A DNA stretch of 64,000 nucleotides from Eledone cirrhosa (Eukaryota), in NCBI GenBank assembly GCA_964016885.1, contig OZ024750.1, positions 48,236,001 through 48,300,000 on the forward strand. The letters run 5' to 3'. Shown piece by piece: positions 44,001-56,989 of this stretch. Position 1 is the stretch's first letter. Each line of letters opens with the position of its first letter. The notes below the pieces were generated by a model. It was not told the DNA's origin, did no database searches, and was given only the letters and a program-made list of their open reading frames with translations. The translations under genes were made by a program, and so were the position numbers.

Positions 44001-45890
44001 GGCCAAGAAAACCCACACAGATAGATGGAACGGGTGGCCCAGAACCATACGGACCCCCGAAAACCACGATAAACTAACGAAAATGATTTCACATGCAGGT
44101 GGCGGCCAGCAGAAAATTAACCATTATGGAACATATGTTCAAATTTAATGGAAAAACATATGCCCAAGAGGAGGGAGCAGCCATTGGTGTTAGCATTGCA
44201 GGTGACATAGCTAACATATTCATGGTATGGTGGGACAGTAGACTTAAACTTAAACTTAAAGAACAATTAGAAGTCCTCTTAACCCTGATAATGTACTCCC
44301 GATACGTTGATGATATAAACATCGTAGTTAAAACAAACCCACTAGAGAACAGTGAGTAATTAGAGAAAAATACGTTGGAAAGCGTCCAGCAAATAGCTAA
44401 CTCCATCCAACAGAGTATTAGAGTTACTATAGACTACCCAAGCAAACACCCCAACCATCGATTACCTGTACTAGACACAGAGCTCTGGTTAGATACCGTT
44501 AATAACAACAAACAAATCCTCCATTCCCATTATGCCAAACCCATGACTTCCAAATATCTGATCCACCGAAACTCAGCGGTTTCGACCATTACAAAATCAA
44601 CATACTGATTGCGGATTTGGTACGGGTGATGAGAAACGTGTCCCGCATGTGCAACCCCGAATAACTAGAGAGACACATACAACACTTCATCCACCGTATG
44701 CAGTTCTCTGGTTACAATAAGAGAGATAAAATCAGAGTGTATAGAGGAGCCAGAACCAAATGGGAAAAAAAATGGTAAATAATGACACAAATATGACCTG
44801 CCCCATGTATAGGAGCACATTTTGGAATAGAATAGAAAGAACTAGGATAAGGCTAACAGAATAAACTCGTTGTATGATAGCAATAAATACCAGAGTGTAA
44901 TGTTCATCGATACAACCCCTAGAGGTGAATTATCTTACAAATTTAGAAGGGCCCTAGATAAACATAAACTCAATATTAAGATAGTAGAAAGACCAGGTAC
45001 CTCCATAAAACACATATTAGCAAGACATACCTTTTTCAAAGACCTCCCCTTATAGATATGATATGTATAATCTGTAAATTAAGCCCCAATATTAACTGTA
45101 AAACTAGAAATGTAGTATATAGGATAAGATGTACTGAAGGACAATGTAGAGATAAAAATATAGTGTACATAGGTGAGACAGCTCGTAGTGTAGGGGAACG
45201 GATAAATGAACACTGGCGAGACCTTCAAGATAGTAAAGAATCATCTGTACTCTACCAACATACTGAAATAGAACATACGGGTAAATTAGAGAACATAGCA
45301 ATAAAAATAGAATCTACACACAGAAAAAACGCAAAGTTTAGATAAATCACGGAGGCAATACACATAAATGAAATACACCAAAATTAAATAGAAAACATGA
45401 GTGGAACAGCAGCATCACAACTTACAATTAAGGACAAAATGAAAACACACACGCACATAGAACAAACAACCAACCAGTAACATGTAAATAAACAAATAAA
45501 TAAACGAATATAAACACACACAGACACCCGGATGTAACACATGCACAAACTAAGCACACAACACACACACAAAAACAATATGGCATAGGACAGAACAAAG
45601 GAGAGGCACAACAAACAAAGAAAATAATCCTCAGTTACTGAACAGGTCACATAATGTGTGACGAAATAACTTTGACAATATATAAACAACCATCTGGTTG
45701 TGGAACCAACCAACCGGAAATTTATAAATTCCTAAATTTATAAATTTATTATAATAAATTGAAGTGAAAGCAACTGGTGCGTTTCTTTCTTATTGGCAAC
45801 ACGACCCTCCCAAAGTATTACAATATCGTTTTCAACACACGTTTTCAGATAAATAATATTGCTAAACAAATTCAGAAACGAAATATATAT
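41076..45890 (+). mobile_element. Near-full-length degenerate Penelope-like element with ~870-bp direct pseudo-LTRs (41076-41950; 45007-45890)
   Basis: RT motifs GSMDVVSLYPSID, QEEGAAIGVSIAGDIANIFM, YSRYVDD, LPVLD; CxxC linker and GIY-YIG VVYRIRC..YIGETARSVGERINEH; stops and frameshifts. Confidence 0.93.
41691..41733 (+). ncRNA. HHR in the pseudo-LTR (copies at 45634-45676 plus and 47776-47818 minus)
   Basis: Consensus GTCA-CTGAAGA-g-GTCACA taatg TGTGAC-GAAA-GAAC-TT-TGAC. Confidence 0.7.
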
Positions 45891-46340
45891 ATATATAAAT
45901 ATTTGAACTTTATTTGAACTTTAAAGCGATAAAATACCAACGAAGCCCGGATGATCACTGATGAAGGACTAATTTTATTTATATATATATATATATGTCG
46001 ACGTACGTTTCGACACCAGGAGAAATTATCGGCCAGGAAGCTCGTAAGCCACATATGATCCCTCAAGAACGCAGGAGTGGCCTACTCCATTCAATGGAGA
46101 AATGATAGCCCAGACTAGGCCATAAGGAAATGGAAATTCGTCTTGCCTGCTGCGCATTGAAGAAAAACTCAATACCTTGAGGAGATACTTGTATCGCGTG
46201 TCTAAACACGATATCTGAGTCCTACTCACATTTTCCCCATATGAAACTACTTCTACCAAACTCGTCTCATGGACTGAGTGCTATACTATAGCAGATATAA
46301 TCCACCAGTGTTCTACGACTATATATATATATGTGTATAA

Positions 46341-46398
<58 letters not shown>

Positions 46399-47551
46399 GC
46401 CTTGACTCTTTCCCAATTCATGCTATTTTAGATCCATGTTTTATGAATAAATTGGTTCTGTACAAAGCGCTGACAACTGAATTTCTAATAATTCACAACT
46501 CTGAAAGAAAGCTCAGCAACAAAACCAAATTTCTGTCACATCATCATTTGGAAACGAGAGTGAACTGCTCACATGGTCAACAAAGGGCGTCAAATGGGCA
46601 TTCTTATGAAATAGCATATAATTCAAAAACTTATTCCGACACTCCCATAATAGTAACTAACATGATTAATGCCCAGAAATTGTCTACTATATGGTAAGTA
46701 ATAGGAAAGATATTATGATACCTATTGAGAAATCCGTAAAAGAGGCATACATTTGCTGTACGTTTAATTCTTGGAAATTTTCAGAGGCCTGTAGATGGGA
46801 AAATATACAAAGTACACTTGATTCGATACTATTTTTGAACTCTACAGAAAACATTAACCCCCAAAACATGATTTCAAAGTTGTGCTTACCTTATTAGAGG
46901 AGAAATGGCTCAATTTGATCCGAGAAGATCGTTCGGAAAAAAAATGTATAATTAATATTTTAAAGGGCTACGATTTCAATGCTGTCAAATATATTGACCT
47001 AAGGAAGAACATTTTCAGTGGGGTCTGAGGGAATAAACTGGGAAATAATTGTGAAACTGGGAGATTTGATATGGTGTAACACCCAAATATAACAATATTT
47101 GTTTCAACAGACGATTTCATAAAAAACACTTACAAAACGAATATATATATATTGCTATTGTAAAAAAGCCAGCGATTTGAAATTATGTGGAACATCGATG
47201 TCTTACCTGTACATTATTTTATCGACACTGTACGCTGAACAATCCTCGGCAGGATATGGTTCTCCGGTACTGCAAATATTAATTCATATTTTCAGACTAC
47301 TCTATATCATATCTGATATTCCTTTACAATTTACCTTATTTTCTATCACAAATACGTTGCTATGACATTAACATCCATAAATATTCCGACATGCTTGATG
47401 TCCCATTTCGCGAAATATTTCATTGCCGACATCCACACTAGAATAATGAATCGGAAAATCATGTATTTACAGATTTTCACAAATACATCGGATCTTTCTT
47501 CTCTCACGATAAATTAAATTATAATTAAGGAATGGTGTAGCATATATAAAT

Positions 47552-47624
<73 letters not shown>

Positions 47625-47628
<4 letters not shown>

Positions 47629-47913
47629 ATGCTTTCGGAGGGTCGTGTTGCCAATAAGAAACACACACACCAGTTATTTCACTTCAATTTATTATGAATT
47701 AAATTCATAAATTTAAGAATTTATATACTTCCGGTTGGTTGGTTGGTTCCACAACCAGACGATTGTTCATATATTGTCAAAGTTCTTTCGTCAGACATTA
47801 TATGACCTCTTCAATGACTGGGGATATTTTTCTTTGTTTTTGTGACTCTTCTTTGTTCTGTCCTACGCCATCTTGTTTTCGTTAATAGGAAAATGTTAAA
47901 GACCCATGAATAT

Positions 47914-47973
<60 letters not shown>

Positions 47974-48350
47974 ATACTTGGGGAGTGTCATATTTGTGTA
48001 ATATTGCCAGAATTAATAACAATGCACACTCACTGTTTGGTTGGTTTTCGCTTTTCGCTTCTGTGTCTTTTATATCGGTAATCTAATATACTCGGTCCTC
48101 AATGTTGCCATTGACTGACACTCTGGTATCTCTGGTTGTCTTACCATGAGGTGGCTTTCCCTATCTTATGTCTAGCCCTACTTAAGCTATTCCATGATTT
48201 GCTCCTGTATAATGGGTACATTCCTTTCATGTCCAGTTCTATGAGGGTCTTATACTTCTCCATGGCTCCTTCGTATACTCTGACTTTGTCTCTTTGGTTG
48301 TGGCCAAATATATATATATATTTCGTTTCTGAATTTGTTTAGCAAGATTC
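47625..48350 (-). mobile_element. Cluster of PLE pseudo-LTR and ORF fragments separated by (TA)n
   Basis: 47625-47880 matches the 41076-family pseudo-LTR; 47968-48120 matches the 4650 family; 48130-48305 is homologous to 44715-44850; 48320-48350 is the tail end. Confidence 0.8.
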
Positions 48351-48351
48351 T

Positions 48352-48399
48352 TTCCATGTATTTATTTTATATATATATATGTCAATCTATATCTAGTTG

Positions 48400-48475
<76 letters not shown>

Positions 48476-48506
48476 TGCACTACGGTTCTTATTGTATTAT
48501 TATTAC

Positions 48507-48538
<32 letters not shown>

Positions 48539-48572
48539 GTAATAATAATACAATAAGAACCGTAGTACAATG

Positions 48573-48613
<41 letters not shown>

Positions 48614-49001
48614 CAACTAGAAATAGATTGACATATATATATATAAAATAAATACATGGAACAATCACAGGGAATAATTTGACTACTGTTATTTACTGAT
48701 TAATTGGTGAAATATATTTCTTACTTACAGAAATATATACAAAGGAGATTAATAATTTTAAAGGTATCTATATTTGAAGTTCTAATTAAACTTTAATTAG
48801 TTACCTACCAAGCTATGTGTGCTTCCGTCCTTTACAAATTATTCCCTGTGATTGTTCCATGTATTTATTGTATATATATATCTATGTCACTCTATGTCTA
48901 GTTGATATAAAATGCTCGGATCTATTAATTGGAATCGATGAGCTTGTTCTACAGTGGATATGGCGCATGTCTCTCAGACATGACAAACCTTAACTGAATT
49001 T

Positions 49002-49005
<4 letters not shown>
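48352..49005. repeat. Nested inverted repeats around (TA)n plus fold-back element 48612-49005
   Basis: 48352-48400 / 48612-48660; 48472-48510 / 48537-48573; 48612-48682 / 48835-48905 followed by a ~100-nt tail. Confidence 0.8.
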
Positions 49006-49064
<59 letters not shown>

Positions 49065-49829
49065 CTTTCTATCTCTTGTTTTTGCATACATGAACATTAC
49101 TTATACATAGTCCCTTAATATATTAATTGCTTTAAATGCTATTTTAAGCAGTCGCTTAGTCATGTCTTTGATAATTATTTATAATGTATTATTTAAACTT
49201 TCTATATAACCATTATCCATATTTCATATTACTCATACGCATCACTACATATTTTGCTATGGGATTCCTATTCAGATATATAATATATATATATAATTGT
49301 TTGTGCAAATATTCATAAATATGGGCGTGTGTGGTATTGTTACTGTTCCACGTATGTTAAATTTATGTCCACTTATTTCTTATATATATATATATATATA
49401 TATTATTTTTCCACATCTCTAATCACATTTAGTTTTCGCCTATGCTGCATATAAATTCGAGTAGATCAATTTCTATACAAAATTTAGAAAACTATATAAA
49501 AGTGCTGAATATGAGTCACTATCTTTACATTCAACGTATGAAACAGATACTTCGCTATATATATTTATATTTAAACAGGATAATAATGCTTGAGACGAAT
49601 CTCAAGATTAGAAAGCCACTATATGATAAAAAATGTGGTTTTAGATACAGTTGATATCTGTAGATTTGCAAATTTAAAACAGAAATAAATACATAAGTCA
49701 TCATATTCTATTTAGTTATCGACTGCTAGATAAAGCAAAGACGATGGTTTATGTGAGGAAGCAGAACAACAATAGGGCGTATTTCTTTGAGAAAACGTGA
49801 CTCCTGGAATCTAAATTAAAACACACACT

Positions 49830-50085
49830 GACCCAGGTTCTGCTGCACGTCGGGATGAGGGGGGCCAAACTCCTTAAATACCGGTCGCTCTCCGGCAGGT
49901 TTGCGGTCGTTCCCCTGGCAGTGGAAAATTCTAGTGCCCTCGGCCCAAGGGCTACCTTATTACTCACCAGCATAGGCGCTGAGAAAGCCAGCCGCATGTG
50001 TGAGCCCCGCAAGTTGGAGTGGCTTTTCCAGCGCATCTCCCTTGCCGTCCTATAAGAAACGCCTTCTCCATTCTGTACGCCGGGT
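49830..50085 (+). mobile_element. 3' fragment of a CRE-like (RLE-type) non-LTR retrotransposon
   Basis: KLLKY..FAVVPLAVENSSALGPRA..LFQRISLAVL resembles the P.A.E..G..G / QRISLA..RGNA C-terminus of CRE-type elements. Confidence 0.6.
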
Positions 50086-50589
50086 CTGTGGGTGGGCCTC
50101 ATCGCGTACCAATACATTAGTTAAATACCATTCTTTCATCTGATATGACACAATAAAGACAGTGTGAAATTTGAAAGATGCCAAATGGATAGAAGGGAGT
50201 GGTGTGTTGATATATATAGTCTGGTGTTTTATTAACAGTTTCATCGTAGAAACTCAAGAAAAAGTTTTTCCGAGTTCCGGAATAAAAACATAGAATGGAA
50301 TAATTTAATAGCACAAGCAAATAAATGTCTACCAACAGTAACAAGATACGTAAAATATGATTGCGATAATACACCAGGTTTTAGATATATTGTAGATCTG
50401 GGAGCGGGTGGTGCTGTGAAATTTCGAAGGTCGAGTGAAACATTCAAACAGCAAGTCATTGAGATAAATATACCAGTATGGCAGAATCTATACTTATTTA
50501 AGCAATATTATCGGGCATTCTTCAATACAAAATATTGTTTCTATTATACGCAAAATACATGAAATTTGGGAGAGAGAAGAAAAAATCGA

Positions 50590-50817
50590 TTAATCCTTTA
50601 GTCTTCACATTACTCTACATATAATATTATATTTTCATGGTAAAGGCTTTACCTCGCATAATTATCTCACAAAATATCGAATCTATGACATTTTGAAAGT
50701 ATTTATTTTGAGAACAATACCTTAACATCAGTTTTAGCGACCAGTTACAGCCAGTTTCAACAGAAAAAGGTAGAGAATTTTGGCCGGTTTTGGCCGGTTT
50801 GTACCCTAAAGAGTTAA
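50590..50817. mobile_element. piggyBac-like MITE, copy 1
   Basis: TTAA|TCCTTTA..TAAAGAG|TTAA; inverted homolog at 51223. Confidence 0.7.
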
Positions 50818-51222
50818 GTCATGTATACAAATGACCGGTTCTTTATTGTGTCGACGCCGGAAGGATGAATGGCAAAGTTGAACTCGACGAGTTAAGAACT
50901 CGACCCGTAAAGAATCTACAACAATTTATAATTCATGATGAGCGTTGCTCAAATATTTCTGCCAATTGATCGTCCGCCTGTAATACAGTATATTAGAAAA
51001 TTGTTTCGATACTATTCTTTAAGTCTGACGAGAATGGTAATGATCTCTATGTTACATCGGGAAAGAAAATATATCCCTGACATATACATAATTATAGATA
51101 CTGTGAAAAGCAAAATAATACATAATTAAGATAATACGTGATCCCTTGTTTGCTCTACCAAATTATTATTCAAAATAACCCTAATAGGTGAAATTAGTTT
51201 CATATATTTTTAGCGTACAACC

Positions 51223-51450
51223 TTAACCCTTTAATAATCAAACCGTCCAAAACGGGCCAGAATGTTCTACCTTTTTCTGTTGAAACTGGCTGTAACTGGG
51301 CACTCAAACTCATGTTAAGGTATTGTTCTCAAAATAAATACTTTCAAAATCTCATAGATTCGATATTATGTGAGATAATTATGTGAGTTAAAGTATTTAC
51401 CATGAAAATATATTAGTATATATAAAGTAATGTGAATGGTAAAGGGTTAA
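51223..51450. mobile_element. piggyBac-like MITE, copy 2
   Basis: TTAA|CCCTTTA..TAAAGGG|TTAA (TTAA target duplication, CCC..GGG termini). Confidence 0.8.
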
Positions 51451-52024
51451 ACCGCAACACAGTGAAACACGGCCGACTAGTATTTCGAAATATTTAGTAC
51501 GGACAAATGTGGTCTATGTTTACACATATAACATAATGAAGGTAATGGTCGTAACAATGGCGGCATGATTATATGAGGCAAGTAGTGAGGTCATGTATCT
51601 TAGTTAATATGATTTATTTTTCTCACGACAAAAATATATGCTTTTCCCAGTATGTACTTTCTGTTACTATCCATGAGAGAACTGCATTCACTGAACTCAT
51701 GCACTTGAAACAATGGTCTTTCATGAACTGCATTGCATCTCTTCAACGACAAATGCGGAAAACCTTCTAGAACGGTAGTTTTCCAGTTTGACACTTCAAC
51801 TTTCACATCGTTTGTGATAATGTTACTATTCCCTTGTCTCTTTCCTCCTCGCTATTCCTCATTGATATTTTTTGTTTCCCCACACAACATTCCAAACTCG
51901 TTGGCCTCATAAGCATTAGAAACATTTCCCCGATTGTCACCTTCCATAGTACAGTAGAATTGTTTTGGATTATTTTGGAACAATCTATTCTCCGCGGTCT
52001 ACTTATTTGATTTTACATATCTTA

Positions 52025-52215
52025 TTGTCAGTAGAATATCGGGCAAAAGGCTTTGTGATATACTCTCCGCGTTCTGAGATCAAATGCGGTTAACGTTAGG
52101 TTTCCCTTTCATCATTACGAAATCTATAACAGAAAATACCTGTACCGCAATGGGATTCATTTAATCGGCATTCTCCCCACCATAATTGATGGCTTTGTGT
52201 TTAAATCAGAAACCT
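52025..52215 (+). mobile_element. Diverged SINE
   Basis: GAGATCAAAT, CCTTTCATCATTACG and ATACCTGT remnants of the 1622 family. Confidence 0.6.
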
Positions 52216-52554
52216 TTATTAATATTCAAATTGATTTTTAATTCAGATTATATTAATCACGTTTTCATCGAGAGGTTTGCACTATTTTTGTTTTCCTTGT
52301 CATAGAAATATCTTCTTTACTACATCTATCGACCGCTTGCTAAATAGAGTATAATGACTTAAGTTTTCTGTGTTTCACTTGTAATAATATAAAGATATTT
52401 CCGATGTGTTTATCTGAAGCCATATCTCTGACATATTACATTTCTAATATGATTCATCTCCCGCATTTTTTCAATACAAGAATATAAATAGCACGAGGCC
52501 TTTTGTCAGACGTTTTAACAATTCTGAGAATTTACCGAACTTTAACCATAATTA

Positions 52555-55500
52555 TAATAATGGTTTCTTTATTGGCCACGAGTTCTAACATGAAGAAAAA
52601 CATTACACATGGCACAAAACGGTACAGGACGTTACAAGTAAATAGAAATATGTAAAAACAAATTAAAAAATTCAAACAACAATAATTCCCTAAAAGCGGG
52701 GAAGACTCCGGGGGTCTCTCGTAGCGATAACTACACAAAATACCCCGGACACCCTGACCACAAGGGCAAGTTCCCTCTCTCAGTTCTCCCTCTCCTTAGT
52801 CTACAGGCGCATACTCGGAACGAGCCCGTTTACTCGGACCGATAAACTTGCCGTTCAATAAACTTGCTAGAAGACAGCACTTCCTCTTCAAGTGATATTT
52901 GAAAATGTAAATCAGGTATTCACAAGAGGAAAGTGTCCGTCTTCAATCATTTCACCCTTGTCCACCATAAAATCTCCTTCGCCATGGCCACCAGGTAGAG
53001 GAAAACTGCTTGCACTTCCTCCCCCTATCTGCACAATGGACTCAGTCGATAACCGGATCCGTCCTACACGCGCCAGCAATTGTTCGACATAGCTAAAAAA
53101 AGTCAGCAATGGTCGGGCACTGAATGAGTGTGTGCACGACGGTTTCGTCGCTCTGTGTGCATCTCAGACAGGCTCTGCTGATGGCACTTCCCTGTCTGTA
53201 GAGCTGATCTCGAAACGCTCCCCAGTATCACTGCCAGGCCAGGGATATCTGGAAGTTGTCCATAGGCCCCGGGCTGAAAGTTCTCTTGAAGAGAGCGAAC
53301 AGCTAATCTTCTTCGACGCCTAGAGTCTCCCCAAGAACGTCGTCACTCTTCCCCTCCACTAGCCCTCTATGGAACACCAAGGTTGATGTTTCACCGATAC
53401 TAGTGCCGAGCTGGTAGAAGGCTGTGAGGGCTTGGATACATTCCGGCTTCGAAGTGCTATCCCTCAGTCTTTTCTTGATCCACGACTACAGCTTCGTCAA
53501 GGAGACGAGCTGGGAAACACGCCCGGCAAACGGCGACCACAACTGTTCACCGTCAAGGAAGCACCAGACATATCGCAGCCTCAGCGTGTACTTGCGCATT
53601 TACAGCCACGTCATGCCCAGTCCTCCACGTAATGGATGCTGACAGCAGATGGAACGTCTGACCATGAGAGCACGTCCATTCCATAAAAAGCGGAAGAAGA
53701 GGCGCTCCATTTTTGTCAGAGTTGGGCCGGGTCAAGGCACAACGGCTAGGCGGTAGCAGGTGACGGATAAAATGAACCCCTTCGCCAACTCCTTCGACCT
53801 TTCAGGGACAGCTTCATCTCGGCCCGTTTCTGGGTGAAAGAGGCCACCCTGCTCGTCACATCGCTCCAGTTTTCTTCATCTAGAGATCCGTACCTAACCA
53901 GAATACGAGCAATTTAACCCGTACCCCTCATCCAGTGTCCCACGACGCTGTGAGACAGCATGGTCTCCCTCTCCAGGTGCCGAGCTGCAAGCCCACCGAT
54001 TTTGCTGGTTTAACTTTGCTCCTGTGACTGCTTCGTATTCCTTGAGAGCGGAGACGAGCATCTGGACATGTTCGGTGCCTGACACCACCATGTTGACGTC
54101 ATCGGCATGAGCCGATACGGATCTCCCACATCCCAATTTGCGTGAGACGCCTTTCATCGTCTCCAATGTGTGCAGTAACGGCTTGAAAACCAATACGTAC
54201 AAGAGGGAAGAGAAGGGACAACCCAGGTGGACCGATCATAAGATGCTGAACGGCTGTGACAATGACCGTTGCCCTGACAAACAGGCTCGATGTCGACCGA
54301 CTCGAGCACCGCTTCAATGTACCCATGGTCAACCCTATCATATGCGTTAGATTCTTCCAAATTGATCAGGACTCCACCCGTGCCAGGTTCCTTAACAACC
54401 ATAACTATGATGTATTGCATGAGGTAGAGGTTGTTTGGATGGATCCGTCTGGAATGTCGCCTGTCTGCGCCTCTCCCACCAGATCAGAGATAACAAGCGA
54501 CAATCTCATTGCTAACACCTTGACCAAAATCTTGACATCTGCGTTTAGCAGAGGAATGAGACTAGAATTGTCTATAACGTCCCCCGTGTTGGGGTCATTT
54601 CTCATCAGCGCCATCACTCCCCGGCTCATATACCTAGGAATGTTCCCGTTAAATTTTGGAATGCTGCCAGTTGCATTACCTAACTACCAACAGGTCGTTG
54701 AATAATTCTGGCATGTACGCATAAATTTCATAGGGCAGCTCATGCGAAGCTGGCGAATTACCCCTCGTGCAGTCAGACATCACTTCCCGTCATTTACCTT
54801 CTGTTATCGGCTTTTCGCAATATTGCATCACGGTCGTCGAGGTTTGCACTGAACTTCATACGCTCACCCGGCCCGCCGCCGCTCCCAAACAGTTGGGCAA
54901 AGTGCTTCTAAAAAGCCTAACACATCTGCTCGAGTAGCATGCATTCCTTCTAGTCAGGAAACGAGCGAATTGTGGTTTGTTGCCACGTCACCACTCCACC
55001 ACCCAGGCCTATTATTGGTGGTCTTTCGTCCCCTAGCACGCTCTCTAGCTCTGACAACGCAGGCTTCATGCTCTGCGTTGAAGAATGGTCGAGAGCAAAT
55101 CCCTCCGCAAGCACGTCGGTTGCGATACCTATCCTAAACGCCTCTTCTACTTTTCTAACAATCTCTCCCTCCCTCTATTTTCCTCTATCGCTAATCCTTT
55201 GCTAAATGTTTTCTATTCTACTCTAATTGCCATTTTCAGGGTGAGCCACCACCTCTTGACGACGATCGCACCCGTCAACGCATGCTAACTAATCCGCGTA
55301 TCTCTGTAAGCTATGCGCGCCCAGAACGACGTGTCCAGCTTCCAGGAACCGGGTCCTTGCCTATGAAATCTGTTTATGTCGACTTCACAGATCACAAATA
55401 TTTGTTCCGTGTAGTCGACTACTTTAAATTGTGGACAACTTACACTAGCCTTATCTGTTTTCCCACAGAATAATTCATCTAGATAGGATTTAGATGACCC

Positions 55501-56070
55501 AATGTGATTTGCCCATGTCCACATTGACACATTCGAATAATCCAGTCGAGAACTGCCAGACAGTTGAACACGTCTGAGCAGGTTATTAAGGCTTTTACAC
55601 CTTCACCGCTGTCTACTTGCCCCACATAATCCCACCGTGCATCTAAGATACCGTCCAGTCACCCACTAATACTACAGAACAGGACGTTCTCAGAAAGTCT
55701 CTACACGTGTGAAGAAATCCGGCGACATGTCCCTGTTGGAGCGTAAACGGATACTAACCTGAAAGTATTGCCTTCGCTACATGTCACGTCCAGCACCACC
55801 GATTTACTCTCTCATGCCCCACATGGTGAGAAACAAGCCCCTCCGAAAAAGCACAGGAATTCCGCCCCCGCTTCCGCATAGCTGTGGAAATACGTATACA
55901 TCGTAGCGGCCGAAGATCGGAGTGAAGTCTCGTGCTCGGAAATTCTGATCTAGCTGATGGCCACAACATTCTATTTTTAGTGACCTGAGGTCATTAAACA
56001 GGTGGTCCTGCTTCCAAGATGAGCCCAGATCACATGCATTTACACTACCTATTTTAAGTAGGGCCATGTT
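52555..56070 (-). mobile_element. Degenerate L1/Tx1-clade LINE, ORF2 region (APE endonuclease plus RT) and 3'UTR
   Basis: MALLKIGSVNA, GPGSWKLDTS, LLNADVKILVKVLAMRL, AYDRVDH, AHADDV; many stops; possible ORF1 remnant ~56100-56870. Confidence 0.85.
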
Positions 56071-56989
56071 GGGTAAGTGAGAATGTATCTTTTACTATGA
56101 TCGGGAGGAGAAGGTACGATCGAACTGTCCATTCGCCTGGTAATTGGTGTTTCGAAGATAATATAGGTGTATATCCTCTTGGTAAGCATCTCTCAGAAGT
56201 CCACAATTGCGTAGGGGAATTTTTGTTTCAAATGTTTATATTGGTCCAATTCGATCTGAAATATTTTTATGTTTTTCGCTGAGGGTCTTGGTGTTGGTGT
56301 GTTGTAGCAATTGTTTGTAAGGTTTGTGTGCTGCGTTATATGTTCCATGAGTTTTTGTTATTGTTATTGTCTATGGTTGTGTAATATCGTTTGGGGGGTA
56401 TTTCGTTTTGTAGCTGCTGTTCCGTGCGTGGGCCTTGCAGTTTTCACCCCTCTTTGTCTGCCCTCCATTTTGGAATGCGATACTTTGGGTTTATTATTTG
56501 CTTCTTGTGGCAGATATTTTGCCCCTCCAGTCCCACCTCACACTCCATGCCGCACTCCGTGGATTCTGGGAAGGATATGAGTACCATGGCTGCTGGTGTT
56601 GGTAGTGGAGTCCGCTGCGGCGATTTCCTCGCCGGTGTACCTACTGCGACTGCTGGTGTTGCCGCAACTGCTGCCGCTGTTTTAGTTGTCCGTAATTGTC
56701 CGTAGTTGTCCGTAATTGTCTGTGGTCTTGGTATGGGTGCCACAGACGTTTCCCCCCTACTCACTGCGGAAGGACCTGACGTCTCTGCTCTCTTCCCGTC
56801 TTCTGGTAGGAGCGGACCAGGCTTCGGAAAGAGGGAGACCTTCTCATTTTCTGTCTGTGTTTAATGACTATGACCGTCTCTACATTCCGCTAATGTTGCT
56901 GAGGTGACCTAGAAAAGTGGCAATCATTGTTAGGTAATAAGGCATGAATAGTTATGCAATACTATTGCATCCACATTCAGAGTAATCCA

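Noticed and set aside
45995-46065. Minus-strand HHR ending GAAACGTACGTC
   Set aside because: The core reads CTTACGA and stem II pairs poorly; probably a decayed copy, so not counted.
47205-47440. Two minus-strand exon-like blocks with good splice signals
   Set aside because: The first block has stops in all three frames, so a coding gene is unsupported; a non-coding or pseudogene origin is not excluded.
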